DNA of 56,683 nt, counting the filler, from Jimgerdemannia flammicorona (Eukaryota), in assembly GCA_003990765.1 (NCBI GenBank). It is 3 parts of 3 records of this genome, joined end to end, with 100 filler letters (N's around TTAATTAATTAA, not from the genome) between each part and the next. Parts side by side here need not be neighbours in the genome. Positions count along the whole stretch, not along the records: positions 1 to 18,830 come from RBNJ01002098.1; positions 18,931 to 37,759 come from RBNJ01002099.1; 1 more part is not named here. One strand, 5' to 3'. The notes beneath the pieces were generated by a model. The model saw only the letters and a program-made list of their open reading frames with translations, made no database searches and had not been told where the DNA came from. This document shows, piece after piece, positions 11,147-24,075 of the stretch (position 1 is its first letter; the number at the start of each line of letters is the position of its first letter). A program made the translations under genes and the position numbers.

Positions 11147-13063
11147 CTACCCCCCAATTAAGATCATAGGCCTGTTCTTGCGCGCAGCCAGCTCCGACAT
11201 ACCTGCGTGCTGCTTTTTCTTCTTGCCGACTGCCGCGCCGATCACGTGCATAAGTTCGTCGTCCGCCGGAGAGGGTTCGCGGCGCATGAGGTCGCGGAGG
11301 GAGACCTCCGACTGGCCGAAGAGGCAGACCTGACGACCCGAAAAAAAGGCAAAGGAAGATTAAAGTGTGAGTGGAAAGAACGAATTGATCTATTCCGAAA
11401 AACTGATGCTAGGTACCTTGAGATTTCCGTCGGCCGTGATCCGGAGCCGGTTGCACGTGCCGCAGAAGTGGTCGGACATGGAGGTGATGAAGCCAATTTG
11501 GCCGGCGTAGCCGGGAACGCGGAAGGCCTATGCAAAGCAAGCCAGTAGCACCCAACAAAACATGATTATTGTCTGTTCAACCAAACATATCGGAAAAGAC
11601 ATGCGCCACCCGTCCGCAATGCATGCGATTCAACGTCCATGGTTGTAACATGCGTACCTTGGATGTGTCATTTAGATCGTCTGGCAATTTTTGCAGACCG
11701 CCGAACCGCTCTTCTATCCGAGAGATAAGCTCCTTATAAGGGACGAGCTTGTCCGAATTCCATTTGTTGCCTAATTGTTGAAGGAAATCCCAATACAGAG
11801 ATGGTTGTGAGAGATGGTCTCCAAAAAAACCAGGGCCCACTTTCCAATGACCATCCGTAGTACCCAAGCCACCCTCGCCACAGCAACAAGCTTACCATCA
11901 AACGGCATGTATTCGATGAACCGCACGTCGACGGATCTGCCCCGCGTGAACTCAACAAAGTCCACTACCTCGGCGTCATTCACGCCGCGAATTACGACAC
12001 AGTTGACCTTGACGGGTGCGAGGCCCAGTGCGATGGCCTCGTCGATTAACTCAAGGACACGGTCGTGCCCTGAAGGTTGGATGAGTGGGGTGTTATGAAC
12101 TAGGCGATCAACGAGGTATATCTGATCGTGACAAATCAAGGCAACAAGATACCCATAAATCCGCAAAGCACCAACGGATTCCATAATCCTTTCCAAAAAA
12201 AAAAAAAAAAAGTCACCCACCCTTCCTCCTTGTGATAATCTCGAACTTGAAAGGATCGAGCGTATCAAGGCTGATATTTAAGCCATTGAGACCACCCTCT
12301 ATCAGCCGAGGCAGCTTGCGGCGCAGCGCAATGCCGTTAGTTGTCATGGAAATCGCCTGAAGCCCCTCGCCGCGCAATCGACCCAGCTCGCCCACAAGCT
12401 CCACGATGTCCGGTCGCACCGTCGGTTCGCCGCCCGTAAGCCTGATCTTAGTCACGCCAGCGCGGACAAAGAGTTCCGAGAGGCGCACAATCTCGGGGGT
12501 TGTGAGGATGGAGGCTGAGGGGGTAAGCGGGACGCCCTCGGCAGGCATGCAATAGGTGCCTTAGAAAGGAACGGAGGAGGTGTGATGTGAGGCTCGAGCG
12601 GATCGAGGAGAACGGGGATAATAGAATATAAATGTATGACGTACATCGGAGATTGCACTTCTCAGTAAGAGATATGCGGAGGTAGGTGTGTTGGCGGTTA
12701 AACTTGTCGACGAGGAAGTTGGAGAAGGGGCGTTCAAAGTCGATGCCAGCAATCTTTGCCTTGGTGATCAGAGTAAAAGGACGTGTTGTGGTACAAAAGT
12801 CAGATAAAAAGGTATGCCGATGCCATTGGACGCCCACGAAGCTGTGGCTGAATGGCACGCTTAATTCAAGACAAGACAAAACGCACTTTGATTTGTTCTC
12901 TGGTGGCAGCATTTCCGTTGTATGGCTTGGATTCCGGCTCCAGCTCGGGTTGCACGGCGACAGCAGCAGCAAAGCGGTGCGATGGATAAGAGGGTGAGGT
13001 GAGGAAGCGCCGCAGTACGGATTGAGATGTTAGGCGGAAGGAATGTTGTGTTCGTCGTAGCAT
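11147..13063 (-). CDS. moaA: MoaA / MOCS1A radical-SAM GTP 3',8-cyclase (multi-exon) with N-terminal mitochondrial-type presequence
   Basis: [17 protein letters not shown] (CxxxCxxC split by an intron), [26 protein letters not shown] and [22 protein letters not shown]. Ends RPMILIGG then TAG (11149-11147). Arg/Ser-rich N-terminus [11 protein letters not shown]. Confidence 0.97.
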
Positions 13064-13192
13064 GGTCGTGACAAGGGGACAAGGAGGTTCCTACATAAGC
13101 CACTATCCACGATTATGATTTTTTACTGTGCCACGATAAATTTCGTGACACCAAAATATACATATACACTTCAATATCGAATATATATATAC

Positions 13193-13634
13193 ATGCTTGG
13201 TCATTGAATATATGGAAAGGTCCAAAGCCAAAGTGAGCTAACAGGATCGAAAGGATGATAGTGACCGCCCTTGCCATAATCTTGGGTTCAAGGCCTTAGA
13301 ATTGTACCGCAAGGCGGCTGGGGCGGGGGATGCCTACGCTGAGTACATGCTGGGCATCTGCCACAGGACGGGCATGATGGGCTTCCAAACGGACCTCCAC
13401 AGTGGTACACCAGGGCCGCCATGAGCGGACTGCCACAGGCCCAGGCTGCCGTCGGGCAGTCCTACTGGAGCGGCAAAGGACAAGGCGAAGGCGAACGAGT
13501 GGTTTCTCATGGCCGCCGAGAATGGATCAGTGACCGCGATGTTGAGCCTTGCTGAGAATTATGACAAGGGCGATGGCATTCAGCAGGACCATGCGAAGGC
13601 AAGACAATGGTCCACGGCTGCGAAGGCTTGCTGA
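13193..13634 (+). pseudogene. Relic of a kinase/Sel1-repeat gene
   Basis: CLVIEYMER (kinase hinge-like), then KALELYRKAAGAGDAYAEYMLGICHRTG, QWYTRAAMSGLPQAQAAVG and ANEWFLMAAENGSVTAMLSLAENYDKGDGIQQDHAKARQW in different frames joined by short deletions. Confidence 0.8.
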
Positions 13635-13901
13635 TCGAGTACTGGGACACTTTGGCTAGCCCGCAGTTTGAACGGCAAGTGTCGCATGGGCAGTGAATAT
13701 TGGATGGAGCTGGTATCTGCTTCGTATAGTACTTACGAGAAGCGATGATTAGGATTTATATCGTCGTCATTGGTGTGGGCCACATATTGATGAACGATAT
13801 AGGTGTTGCGTGAATTGATTCGGAAAAGCGCGGCAAAGACACTGTCCCTGTATAAAGTTATTCTATTATTTTTCCGGTGGCCCCGCTTTATATTGTATAT
13901 T

Positions 13902-13936
<35 letters not shown>

Positions 13937-14614
13937 ACAAACTCTGTTCAATTACAATACAGACCCGACATTTATTATTCAAAAATATTTTCGTTTCGCA
14001 ATCCCCCTTCTCGAACCTCACTAATAAATCCACCAAACCGGCCGTTGGTCCCGCCACCGTAATTATTGATTTGCCTCGAGAACCCTTAATAAAAGCTGAC
14101 AAACTGAGATGGATCACCTCTCTTAACATGCCACTCATCACACATACTTCACCTTACCATTCTCCAAGTCAATCCGCGCAAATGCACGAACGTCAATGGC
14201 CTTAGCGAGATGTAGAAAGAGGGAGAGCAATATGTTGGAAGCGTATCTACTACTGTGGTCGAAAACTTAACTTTGTGCCGACACAAAAACGATGTGCATG
14301 TGCATACTCTAAAATGATAAAAAATTGGGCCTGAGTCGAATCATTGCTGTACCTTGCCTCAATGTGTACCGGCCGTAGACTAAGCCATGGTCGACGAAGC
14401 GTCACGTTACTATGCGAGCTGCGAGCGATGAGCAAGCAACTCACAAGGAACGGATCGGACGTAAGTGGCAAATGAGGTGCATTAAAATACACACGAACAT
14501 ACGTGCACACATACATACATAATCACTACGATCACAAAGACAACAGGGATATAGTCCTGATCCGGCAAAACCCACCACCCCCCACTGCAACCCACGGTCG
14601 CGACACCATCCTGA

Positions 14615-16807
14615 TTACGTCCTCTCCGCAGCCAACAGCCTTGACCTCTCCGTCGGTTGCTCATCCTCCTCGCGTTCCTCTTCCTCAGCAGCGGCGGTTC
14701 CCGGCGCGGCGTGGATGTCGTCGACACCGAGCCGCTGAGCGCGGTAGTGCCATACGATGCACATGATCAGCAGCAAGCCCTGGAGCATGCCCGTGACGGC
14801 GTAAGTAATCCAGGTGGTCCAGTTTGTGTCCTTGGCTGTCGCAAGCGTGTAGACGAAGAGGGCAGAGCCTTTGATTTTTTTTTTTTTTTTTTTTTTTTAT
14901 GGAGGGAGGGAGAGTAGTCGTTAATATGTGTTCGAGTGTTCGATGACACACGTATGGCTTTGGATCCAAAATGCTCATTATCCCTGTTAATTACCTGGCG
15001 TCTGGAGCATCATCATCGGAATACTGAGGGCGCCGACGGCCTGTGAGGTTTGGATAAAGATTCGCAGAAGTTGTATGATTTAATGTTATCAGACGGCCAG
15101 ATGGAAGGCGAGATTTCTTCACTATCCGTAACATTCGCATCAAGTAAATACAATCTTGCCATCGCGGCCTCCCCAACACCTAGTCCTCCTCCTTGACCTT
15201 CTGCATTATCACACACTGTCTTTTCCATTGCAAATCTCCCCTTCTCTTAAGGAAATCTGAAAGTCGAGTAGGAAAGTGAACAACTTCCTACAACCCACCT
15301 TCCTTTTCCACGTCTTCCAAATCTGTGGCATATACTGGAAGGCCGCGAGGATCATGCTGGACACTCCCAGGAAACCAGCCCAGTACGCCGTTCGCTGCCG
15401 GCCATCAGAAACGAGCAGGTAGGCAGAGATGGCGACGGACAAGATGAGGTGTAGGGCGCAGGCGATGGCCACGCCGAGGGAGACGCGCCACTCCTCGGAC
15501 CGCGTGGTCGGGCCGGGAAGATCCAGATGCAGAGAGTGCGGGAGGTGGGGAGCGCGCTTGCGGTGCTCCGGGAAATAGAGGAGGAAGAGGATGAAGCTGT
15601 GGATGAATTTACATGTGTGCGTATAGCGTGTGTCAGCATTTGAGGTGAGGTCACGATGGAGCATAATCCAACCGAGATAACCACGCATCCCCAAGTAATA
15701 CGAAACATATTCCCTGACTCTAACCCAGCCTGACAACAGATGACTGTGACATAAAATTGGGACTACGCATAACTTACACAATGGTAAATCCAGTCCACTG
15801 AAACCCGATCTGGAAAACCCCTATCACGCTCTCGAGGCATCGTCCTGTCGACTATGCGACACACGCATCAGATGGGCGGGCATGTATATGGGATTAGAAT
15901 AAAGAGGGTGATTGAAGAAGTATGGTGGGTGGATGAGGAAACTGATGGGAGAAACGTGAGAGTTCGAACACAAGCAAATCATTATACAGATCGCGGTGAC
16001 GAGCTCTTCGTGGCAAGCCGGCCCATATTTCACCTGAAGATAAATCTCTTCCTTGATGCCTCGTCCGCACACTCCAAAAACAAATCGTACGAGTGGACGC
16101 GACCGAAATCACAAAACTACTTACGAGCTCTTGACAGCACACTATGATCTCCCACTGCAGCAAGATGATGTTGAGCAGACTCGAAGTGGAGGAGATGACG
16201 CCAAGGAGGAGAAACCAAGCGCTGATACCCTCGCTGGTTTTGTTGGCGATGATGCGGTAGTGCTGCGATAAAGTATCAAGAAAGTGAGAGGGAGAAAGGG
16301 AGGGGGTTAATAGGAAAAAAAGGACACTATGATTCGCAAGGAAAGTTTTTTTTTGTAGTGCGGTCGGCGGATGGATGATTTGTGGGTTGTCAGTGACGCG
16401 GATAGAAAAAGGCTCTTTCACCCAGCTCGCACCAGGATTTTCTTTCAGATAGCTAGGATCGTTGCTCGAAGTAACGTGGCATTTCATAGGCCAACTTCGT
16501 CATATGTCACCATCTTTCAATATTTGGTCCAAGGCCATCGAGCTTGGGAGAAAACCAAGGGCCAAAACGTGACCTTGTCGGCGGAGTCCCCTTGACTTAG
16601 CTGCGCGACACTCACCTGGGGCAAGTATGACACAACGAGGCCGACACACAGAAAGATGCTAAGGGACAACTGCATTGGGTCGTGGTTGAATTCGCACTTG
16701 ACCCCATTGTCGTCGTCGAGAAGATAGTGTACGGACATGTTCTGGTTCAGCTCTGTGACATGAGAGGGGGTCGTGTTGTCAATATCCAAATTAGGGACAT
16801 ACGTCAT
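14615..16807 (-). CDS. PQ-loop repeat membrane transporter (multi-exon); start at 16807 or 16738
   Basis: Two PQ motifs: VVSYLPQ/HYRIIANKTSEGIS and FQYMPQIWKTWKRK/AVGALSIPMMMLQTPG. C-terminal acidic dileucine-type motif ERSRLL. TAA at 14617-14615. Confidence 0.88.
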
Positions 16808-17084
16808 CAATACCAATTTACGATGCTTACGACAAACGACAAACGCCCCGAGAACAGACTACACCTCCTATTGCGACGTTCATTCCCTTCGGCCGAGATA
16901 CGCAATAGCTCCGTGTTCGCCATCAGCGCAATTGTGGTTGAAATGGTCGACATTTAGTACCTCTTCTTGCATACGTCTGCTGGAAGGAATGACAGTCACG
17001 CTCCCCCTTATAAGCCACGCAGAAACACGCAAACGTCATAAAGATACCTCCCCCCGTTGACTTCGCTCCTCGCATTCTTTGATA

Positions 17085-18539
17085 ATGTTAACAACAAAGT
17101 CAGAGGTCAACCTCCGTCGTCTCTTACGGAGATGCGAGCACTCCCTCACAGACACGAATGGCCTTCTGCAGCCTGCAGAGAGGGCAAAGTTTGCCATTGT
17201 GAGTTTCTACCTGCAGTTGGAGAGACGTACCGACTAGTCTGTTAAACTGGCTTTAATATCATGTTATAGAACGTGCGCTATCTGGAGAAGTTGCGAGACC
17301 AAGTGGCGAAGGAGAATGGAGCGTATGTGCATGTGCTCATTCCTGCATAGTACCATTCTTTGAATGCACCATATTATAATCCAGATTAATGTGAATGTAT
17401 ATCTTACACAGCTTCGACAAGACCTCCATCGCCGAATACACGCACAAAATCCAACGGCTATCTACCCTGACTGAGGAGTTTAAACCGGTAACTCATCTGT
17501 CCATCATTATCTCGGAACCCAAACATGACACGTGCCTCTTTCTAATAGTCAAACCCTCTTCTCCTCTAATGCCAGGTACCACCCGTCGAGCCTGTTTTTC
17601 CTGATACCCATCAGACGCACAAGGATGCCGAGCAGGACCGGGCGCCGCGGCGACGAGAAGAGCTGGTGCAGGTGGGTTTCCGGAGGTTATTCTGTCAAGG
17701 CTCGATGTGGAAGGCGGTAGCTGATGATGGGCTGGGGTGGATGAGTTGAGTGCTTGGTTTTAATGTGTCTTTCACTTATAGGCGCACATTAGGTCGCAAT
17801 CATCGGACGTGAATGAAGACGACGAGAAGACGCTAGTGGAAAAGAGACTCCGTAGGCCCGCGTTCGTTTTGTCTTTTCATGCAACGATTTCTGTCTTTCG
17901 AACATCATTTTTCATTCCCTTTTGATTTACACTAGAACTCTTCGCCACTGCCGGCGACCACCCTCACCTTCGCAATCGGACTTCGTAAGCCACCCACACC
18001 CACCCACTATTCTCCCCCTCTCTATCCAATTCGCACTTATCTCACCCATCCCCGATTCTTTTTATCGCAACTCAGCTCACTCCACTTCGACGACCCTGAC
18101 TCCGTGGCCAATGTTGAGGCCGTCCTGCAGAGCCATCGCCAGCAGCAGGAGGAACTGACCAACCGGATGCTGCTGTCGGCGCAGCGGCTCAAGATGAACA
18201 GTGCTACGACGGGAGATATCATCAAGAAGGACAACGACGTAAGCGATTCACTGTCACCATCATCCTGATCCTTGATGTGGCTCGGCGTGCTCCTTTAAAC
18301 ACCCTACCCCTTCGCCCCCGTACCCATAAACCCCCCAAATCCCTCCGTAGATCATTCTGGCGACGCAAGATGTCATGGGCTCGAACCTGACGCAACTCCG
18401 CAAGGCCAACCAGCGGCTGGATGCACACTCGGCCCGTTCCAGCTCTACCTCCATCATGACCTGGCTGGCTGTCGGGCTCGTGTGTATGCTGTTCGTCGTC
18501 TCGTTCATCGTAATACGTCTGTTCCCAAAGGCCAAATAG
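17085..18539 (+). CDS. USE1: ER SNARE Use1/Slt1-like (multi-exon)
   Basis: N-terminus MLTTKSEVNLRRLLRRCE, SNARE segment HRQQQEELTNRMLLSAQRLKMNS...IIKKDN and C-terminal TM WLAVGLVCMLFVVSFIVIRLFPK. Consistent GT-AG introns. Confidence 0.82.
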
Positions 18540-18830
18540 AAACGATATTAATAAAATAATGAAACATGATGAGGTGTGATCATTGTGGTTGTCGTTCTTG
18601 TTTATTTTTATTTTTATTTTAGGAGACACTGCGTTAACTGATGGTATGAAGGTTTACTTAAAGAGCGTTGTGATGATCAGCATAAGAACAAAACTAATAT
18701 GTCTATGATTATATTACCGAGAAAGAAGGAGGGCGTTTTTAAGAGTAGGTGTGGACACCTTTGTATGCAATGCATGAAGAGAATCCCACACCGACTTCTG
18801 CATTGCGCGCTTTTTTTTTTTTTTTTTTTT

Positions 18831-18930
18831 NNNNNNNNNNNNNNNNNNNNNNNNNNNNNNNNNNNNNNNNNNNNTTAATTAATTAANNNNNNNNNNNNNN
18901 NNNNNNNNNNNNNNNNNNNNNNNNNNNNNN
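18831..18930. other. Assembly gap / artificial contig linker
   Basis: 100 bp of N containing TTAATTAATTAA (stop in all six frames). Confidence 0.97.
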
Positions 18931-19456
18931 AAAAAAAAAAAACTCTATATAATATAATATAACTGTGTAAATATATCAGATTTTTATATTTTGAAAACTT
19001 GATCTTTTTTGACTCTACAGAGTTCTTGAAATATAATAGTAAGTGAGTTCAAAGTATATCTACTATAGACTTACTAGTTCTCTTACTTTCTCTTTACTTT
19101 AAACTATTTTGATTTAAGATTTATTTACTCTAAATACTGAGATATTTAGTACTCCAAATGGATTTAATTTATCCAGATGAGATTCAATTCAGATTTATCA
19201 TATAATAGATTTGAAACAACTTAAATTAGTCTTATAATCTGATCTAGATTAATCTGGATTGATCTGGATTACTTAAAATCTTTAGTAATATTACTCCTTC
19301 TTTATTCTTTTCTTTTTCCTAATACTTCTTTTTATTTTTTTTCTACTATATTATAAATAAATAAATAGTAGCTCTTAATTATATATTAGTTTACTTATTT
19401 TTTTATCTATTTAATAATTATCAAAAGAGAGAATATTTGAGATAGAAAAGTACTCT

Positions 19457-21872
19457 TTTTCTACTATCTTACTGATTACAATAGTTTGGTAGGCAACCTT
19501 CTGAGTTCACTTTCCACAACTAATATCTCTTCTATCTTAGATTGGTTTGCTGTATCTATTGCAAAGTAGTAGAAGGGAGGCAATAGTGATGAGTTGTCTC
19601 TTTATCAGTATTAGATCAGTATCTTCTCTACTTTTTTATAGTTTTTAGTACCTTCAGCTATATCTGAGATATATCTATTTTAGTGTGGTATCTTCTTTCT
19701 TTTGCTATCACCAATAAGGTATCATCTTGGTGTATTATAGATTATATAGAGAATTGGCTGACCTTAGATATCAAGTGCCCAGTATAGGTTACCTGCAGGT
19801 CCTTAGTGTCTATGGTGGGGCCCTCTGGCTTTAGTGAGCTTCCTAGTGAGTATGGTTCTGATATAGATGACTATTTTTCAGGTAATATTGGAATAGGAGA
19901 AGAGAGTAATAATGGTGGACTAGTAGGGTACCAGACTGGGGGGGCTGGAGCAGGTACTACTTCAGTAGAGTCTTTTGATTGATATGGAGTAGTTAGGTAG
20001 TAGGTGTCACTTTTAGCTACTTTTGGTAATTTATAAGATTGGGCCCCAGTCATTGGGGGTAGCTGAGGGGCCCAAGGCTACTTATGTCAGGTATCTTGGC
20101 TATACTCAACTGGAACCAGAAGCTGATATAGCAATATGATTGAGACTTATAAGCTTGAGTAGTGGGATATTAGGGGTCTCCTCCCACCTTATATATAAGT
20201 TCTCTACTTATCTCACTTGGGAGAATCAGACTTTATCTACTGTTCTATACCTTGAGGAGAGTTTTTCTTTACCTATCATTTCTACTTAAAGTGGTACTGG
20301 TTACCAAAGTTGTGGTATCTGGCTTATCATCTGGACTTCCCAGCCTGGGTGGTGAAGAGATTGTTGAAGCTGGCCAAGGGATAGATCTGGGCTGGAAGAA
20401 GGAGTCAGATCAGCTGGGAGGTCTTGTCCTTACTGGTGGCAAGTGGTGGACTTGGGCTGGTTGACTTTCCAAAGTGGCTATACTGTTTGAGAGCTTGGTG
20501 GCTGAAGAGAGCCATGGAGCTAAGAGGGGGTAATTGGGTTCCCCTACTACAGAAGATCTGGGAGATGAGGGCCTTGCTGCGAGGCTCAACTGGAGATCTC
20601 TTACCTTTGGTTGGTCTTAGGAACACTATACAATTGCAATATAAAGAATTCTGGTGGGGAGTAGCAGAGGGGGTGCACCGCATTGGAATTCATTGGCAAG
20701 GGAATGAAGGGGAGGTGGATTGGGACCTGGCAATATGGAGGTGAGACCAGATGCTGTTGGGCGGCATTCCCTTACTCAAGTTCAACATTAGTGATGAGAT
20801 AGAATACCAGAGGGGACCAGGTCAGGATCTGTGGCCCAGTGGTTGGCAAGGTGTTAGAATTAGTAAAGATTGGGCCTAGCATAGCATTTGGGCCTAGAGT
20901 TCAGAGGTGAGAAAATAGATGCTGCCAAAGTACTGAGTGACCTGGTGGCACATGCTGAGGAGGAATGTAATGCTCAACTACTGCTCAGGTCATCTTATCG
21001 AGAGAGATTGCTTTGACTATGAGGAGTGCTATAATGTGGAAATGGAAGGTGGATATGTGTAGATATCTGAACATTGGCTAGGAGAATGTGAGGTACTTAG
21101 TGACTTTTGGCAGACTGTTGGAGAGCATTTGGGGGTAGAAGGCCAAAGAGGTGGCATACAGGGGCAGTGGGAAGATCTGAGAGATAGACTGATGGGGGGG
21201 GGTGGGGAAGGAATAGCTCACATTAGGCTAGGCTCTAGCCATATAAGTGGGGCTGGCCAGCCATTGGCTTTTTGTTTTTGAGGAGGAGAGAAGACTGGGC
21301 TCAGGGGTCTGACTGCTGCAGTGGCATAGCCTTATGGAGGACACTTTGACAGGCTGGTGGCTTGGTTGGGGGTTGCAGGGTGGTTGGAGGCATCGATTAG
21401 TGGAGAAAATCTATAGGCAGAGTAGGAGAAGGGTTGGAGTAGTAGATAAGAAGGTGGTCTTTGTTTGGGAAAGGGTGGGGAGAGGCTCCCCTATGGGGAT
21501 CAGATAGTGGGAGGAGATATTGTAATCATATTAATAGACTGATAATAAATGGCAAAGTCTAAGTAACTATAAAATAAAAAAATAAAAATAAAAATATATA
21601 TATATATATATATATATATTGGAGTTTCAGGTATGCACTTTTAATTGTTGGCATATAGCTGAGTTCCCCCTGGTGGTAGGGAGAGTATAGTGTACAGAAT
21701 GAGGTATAGGCTACTATAGATTCTGCTGTATCTAGTATAGTCAAGCCACTGGATAATAGCTAGTCTAAGTTTAATAAGAAAGTAATACTCAGTGAGTGGT
21801 GAGAGAGAGTTTTGGTCTATATAGTTTAGATTTCCTTCCAATAAAAATCCATAGAACTCTGAGTCTATAAAA

Positions 21873-21942
<70 letters not shown>
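19457..21942 (+). mobile_element. Poly(A)-tailed non-LTR retroelement insertion with 18-bp TSD (contains a nested LINE)
   Basis: TSD GAGATAGAAAAGTACTCT at 19439-19456 and 21943-21960. Long poly(A) at about 21875-21942. Body homologous to 55511-56683. Confidence 0.85.
20289..21594 (+). mobile_element. 5'-truncated L1/Tx1-like LINE (ORF2 C-terminal part and A-rich tail)
   Basis: LPKLWYLA...IWAGRRSQISWEVLSLLVASGGLGLVDF...WWLKR followed by a Cys/His knuckle remnant (EHWLGECE). Ends TAACTAT plus A-rich tail, like the LINE end at 43600. Confidence 0.85.
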
Positions 21943-21945
<3 letters not shown>

Positions 21946-22447
21946 ATAGAAAAGTACTCTCTACTAATAATGTTAAATTCTTTCTCATATAAATAGTATA
22001 CAAGCTACTCATTGAGAGCTAAAGTAATAATAGCAATTAGAGTCTACAGCTCTATAGTGAGATCTGTCAACTTTATTTATAATATCTAGTTAAGATAAAG
22101 AAAGGCTGAAGAATATTGTAAAGCATATTTTTGATAACTAAGCTGTTGAGTCAATATATTATTCAAAAGGATTAGAAGTAAGCCTTTATGAGCAATCTTA
22201 TATAACTTATCTATATACATATAACTCATTTTTGTACTCTTTTTTAAATATTTACTCTTTATTTTATTTAATTTTATTTTTTTGTATTCTCTCCTAAAAA
22301 TTTCCATATGATATTTATATATAATTTATCTATAGAAGAAGAGATAGGTTTATATAAGATTGAGTGAAAGGTATATCCATACCTTTGTATTAATAGAATG
22401 TAGACTGGATGATAATCAGTAATAAAGTAGATGTCCAAGTAACTATA

Positions 22448-22491
<44 letters not shown>

Positions 22492-23843
22492 CTATCTATA
22501 TACTTAACTCAGCCCACTACTCAAATCAAGACTCAGTTCTACTGTAGAGGAGAATTCAAAGTTATCTAAGTTTGATTATATTTGATATTTGATTAAATAG
22601 AGAAGTTTAAGGATAAGTTATTCAGTATGAGTAATATTAGTATTACTATTAAGACTTAGAGGTCTATATTCAAATTGAAGCCAATTATTCTTGATCAAGA
22701 AGCTCATTGGTCTACTAGAGTATTTAATGATAAAGAGAACTATATTATTATTAATGATTATAGAGAAGTAGTTATGATAGTAGTAAGAAATCTCTATAAT
22801 AATAAGCTTTATTACTATATTAATAAGATTTATAAGAATTATATCAAATATTGAATAATAGAAAAGAGAGAGTTATAAAAAGTAAGAAGGAGGAGTTTGG
22901 ACAAAAATTAGATATATCACAATATTGACAAAGAGTAGATTTCTTAGAGTTTTTCTGAAATTTTCTATATTTATCTCTTTTTTTTAGAGATTTTCTTTAT
23001 TAATCTATTCTTATTAAATTTTCTAGAATATATATATAAAATTTTGTATCTTTATTAGAACTTTAAAAGTACTATTAAAGAACAAGCTATATGTATATAT
23101 AATATGGCCTATATAGTGATAGCAGCTATAATCTAGAGTTCTTTGAGCAGATTATTAAAATAAATAGTAGATCAGCTTAATAGTGCTCTCAGTATAACTG
23201 TATATATATTCTCAATATAATTTAGCATACTATATGAGATGAAGAGCTTGACTTTTTTTTGATACAGTCTAAGGGTTTCTGTCTCTTATATATAAAAAGA
23301 AAGAATTAACTGAATACTGTCTATTTTAATAGATTTCTAAGCCAGGGCTCTCAGAGCTTGATGAAAAGCAAGCATTCTTCAGTACTGTTTAGCAATATGA
23401 GGTCCTAGGCCAAGAGTTCACCCAACCATATATTTGCATTATATCAGAGTATATTAGATATAATATTTCTCTACTCATATATATAGATAATAATATTACT
23501 TTAGTAATATTTTATATTCCAAAAAGAATCCAACTTAGAAGAATAGTAGTGGCATCTAGTATAACCTCACCTATAGTTTTAGAGTCTCATTTGCAGTCAA
23601 AATGGCTATTCTATTTCAACTACAAGACCTTCACAGTACTGTCATCTTTGAGAAGAGCTTAGATATTATAGTCATTATACTCACAATAGATAATAGGCTC
23701 ATCAAGGCCTAGGATTAGCAAGTAGAGTAGCTTTGTAAAGGTTAGGTAGTTTTTTATAGTACTCCCAAATAAATGATTTGATCAATTTAAAGTAGATATA
23801 TGGTATTCAAATTGAATTGATTCAATTCAATTCAAATATTATT

Positions 23844-23951
23844 TTGATTTCCAAATTAGACCATAAATATTTTCCTCAATCACTCTATGAGATTTTATCT
23901 GATTTTAGTACTCTTGATGTTATTGGAAAGTCATTATAGAGAGCTTTTCAA

Positions 23952-23986
<35 letters not shown>

Positions 23987-24075
23987 AGCTTTCCAATAAT
24001 ACTAGTTATATCAAAATTAGATAAAATCTCATAGAGTTATTGAGGAAAATATTCGTGATCTAATTTGGAAATCAA
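23844..24075. repeat. Long inverted repeat (hairpin/MITE-like) with central poly(A)
   Basis: TTGATTTCCAAATTAGACCATAAATATTTTCCTCAATCACTCTATGAGATTTTATC matches the reverse complement of about 24020-24075. Confidence 0.85.

Noticed and set aside
11147..11149. Stop-codon readthrough as the route to a MoaA-MoaC fusion
   Set aside because: The moaC ORF is in a different frame and an in-frame TGA follows three codons later. Splicing explains the fusion better.
18875..18886. TTAATTAATTAA palindrome within N runs (also 37804-37815)
   Set aside because: Identical 100-bp construct at both gaps. It is a six-frame-stop linker added during assembly, not biology.
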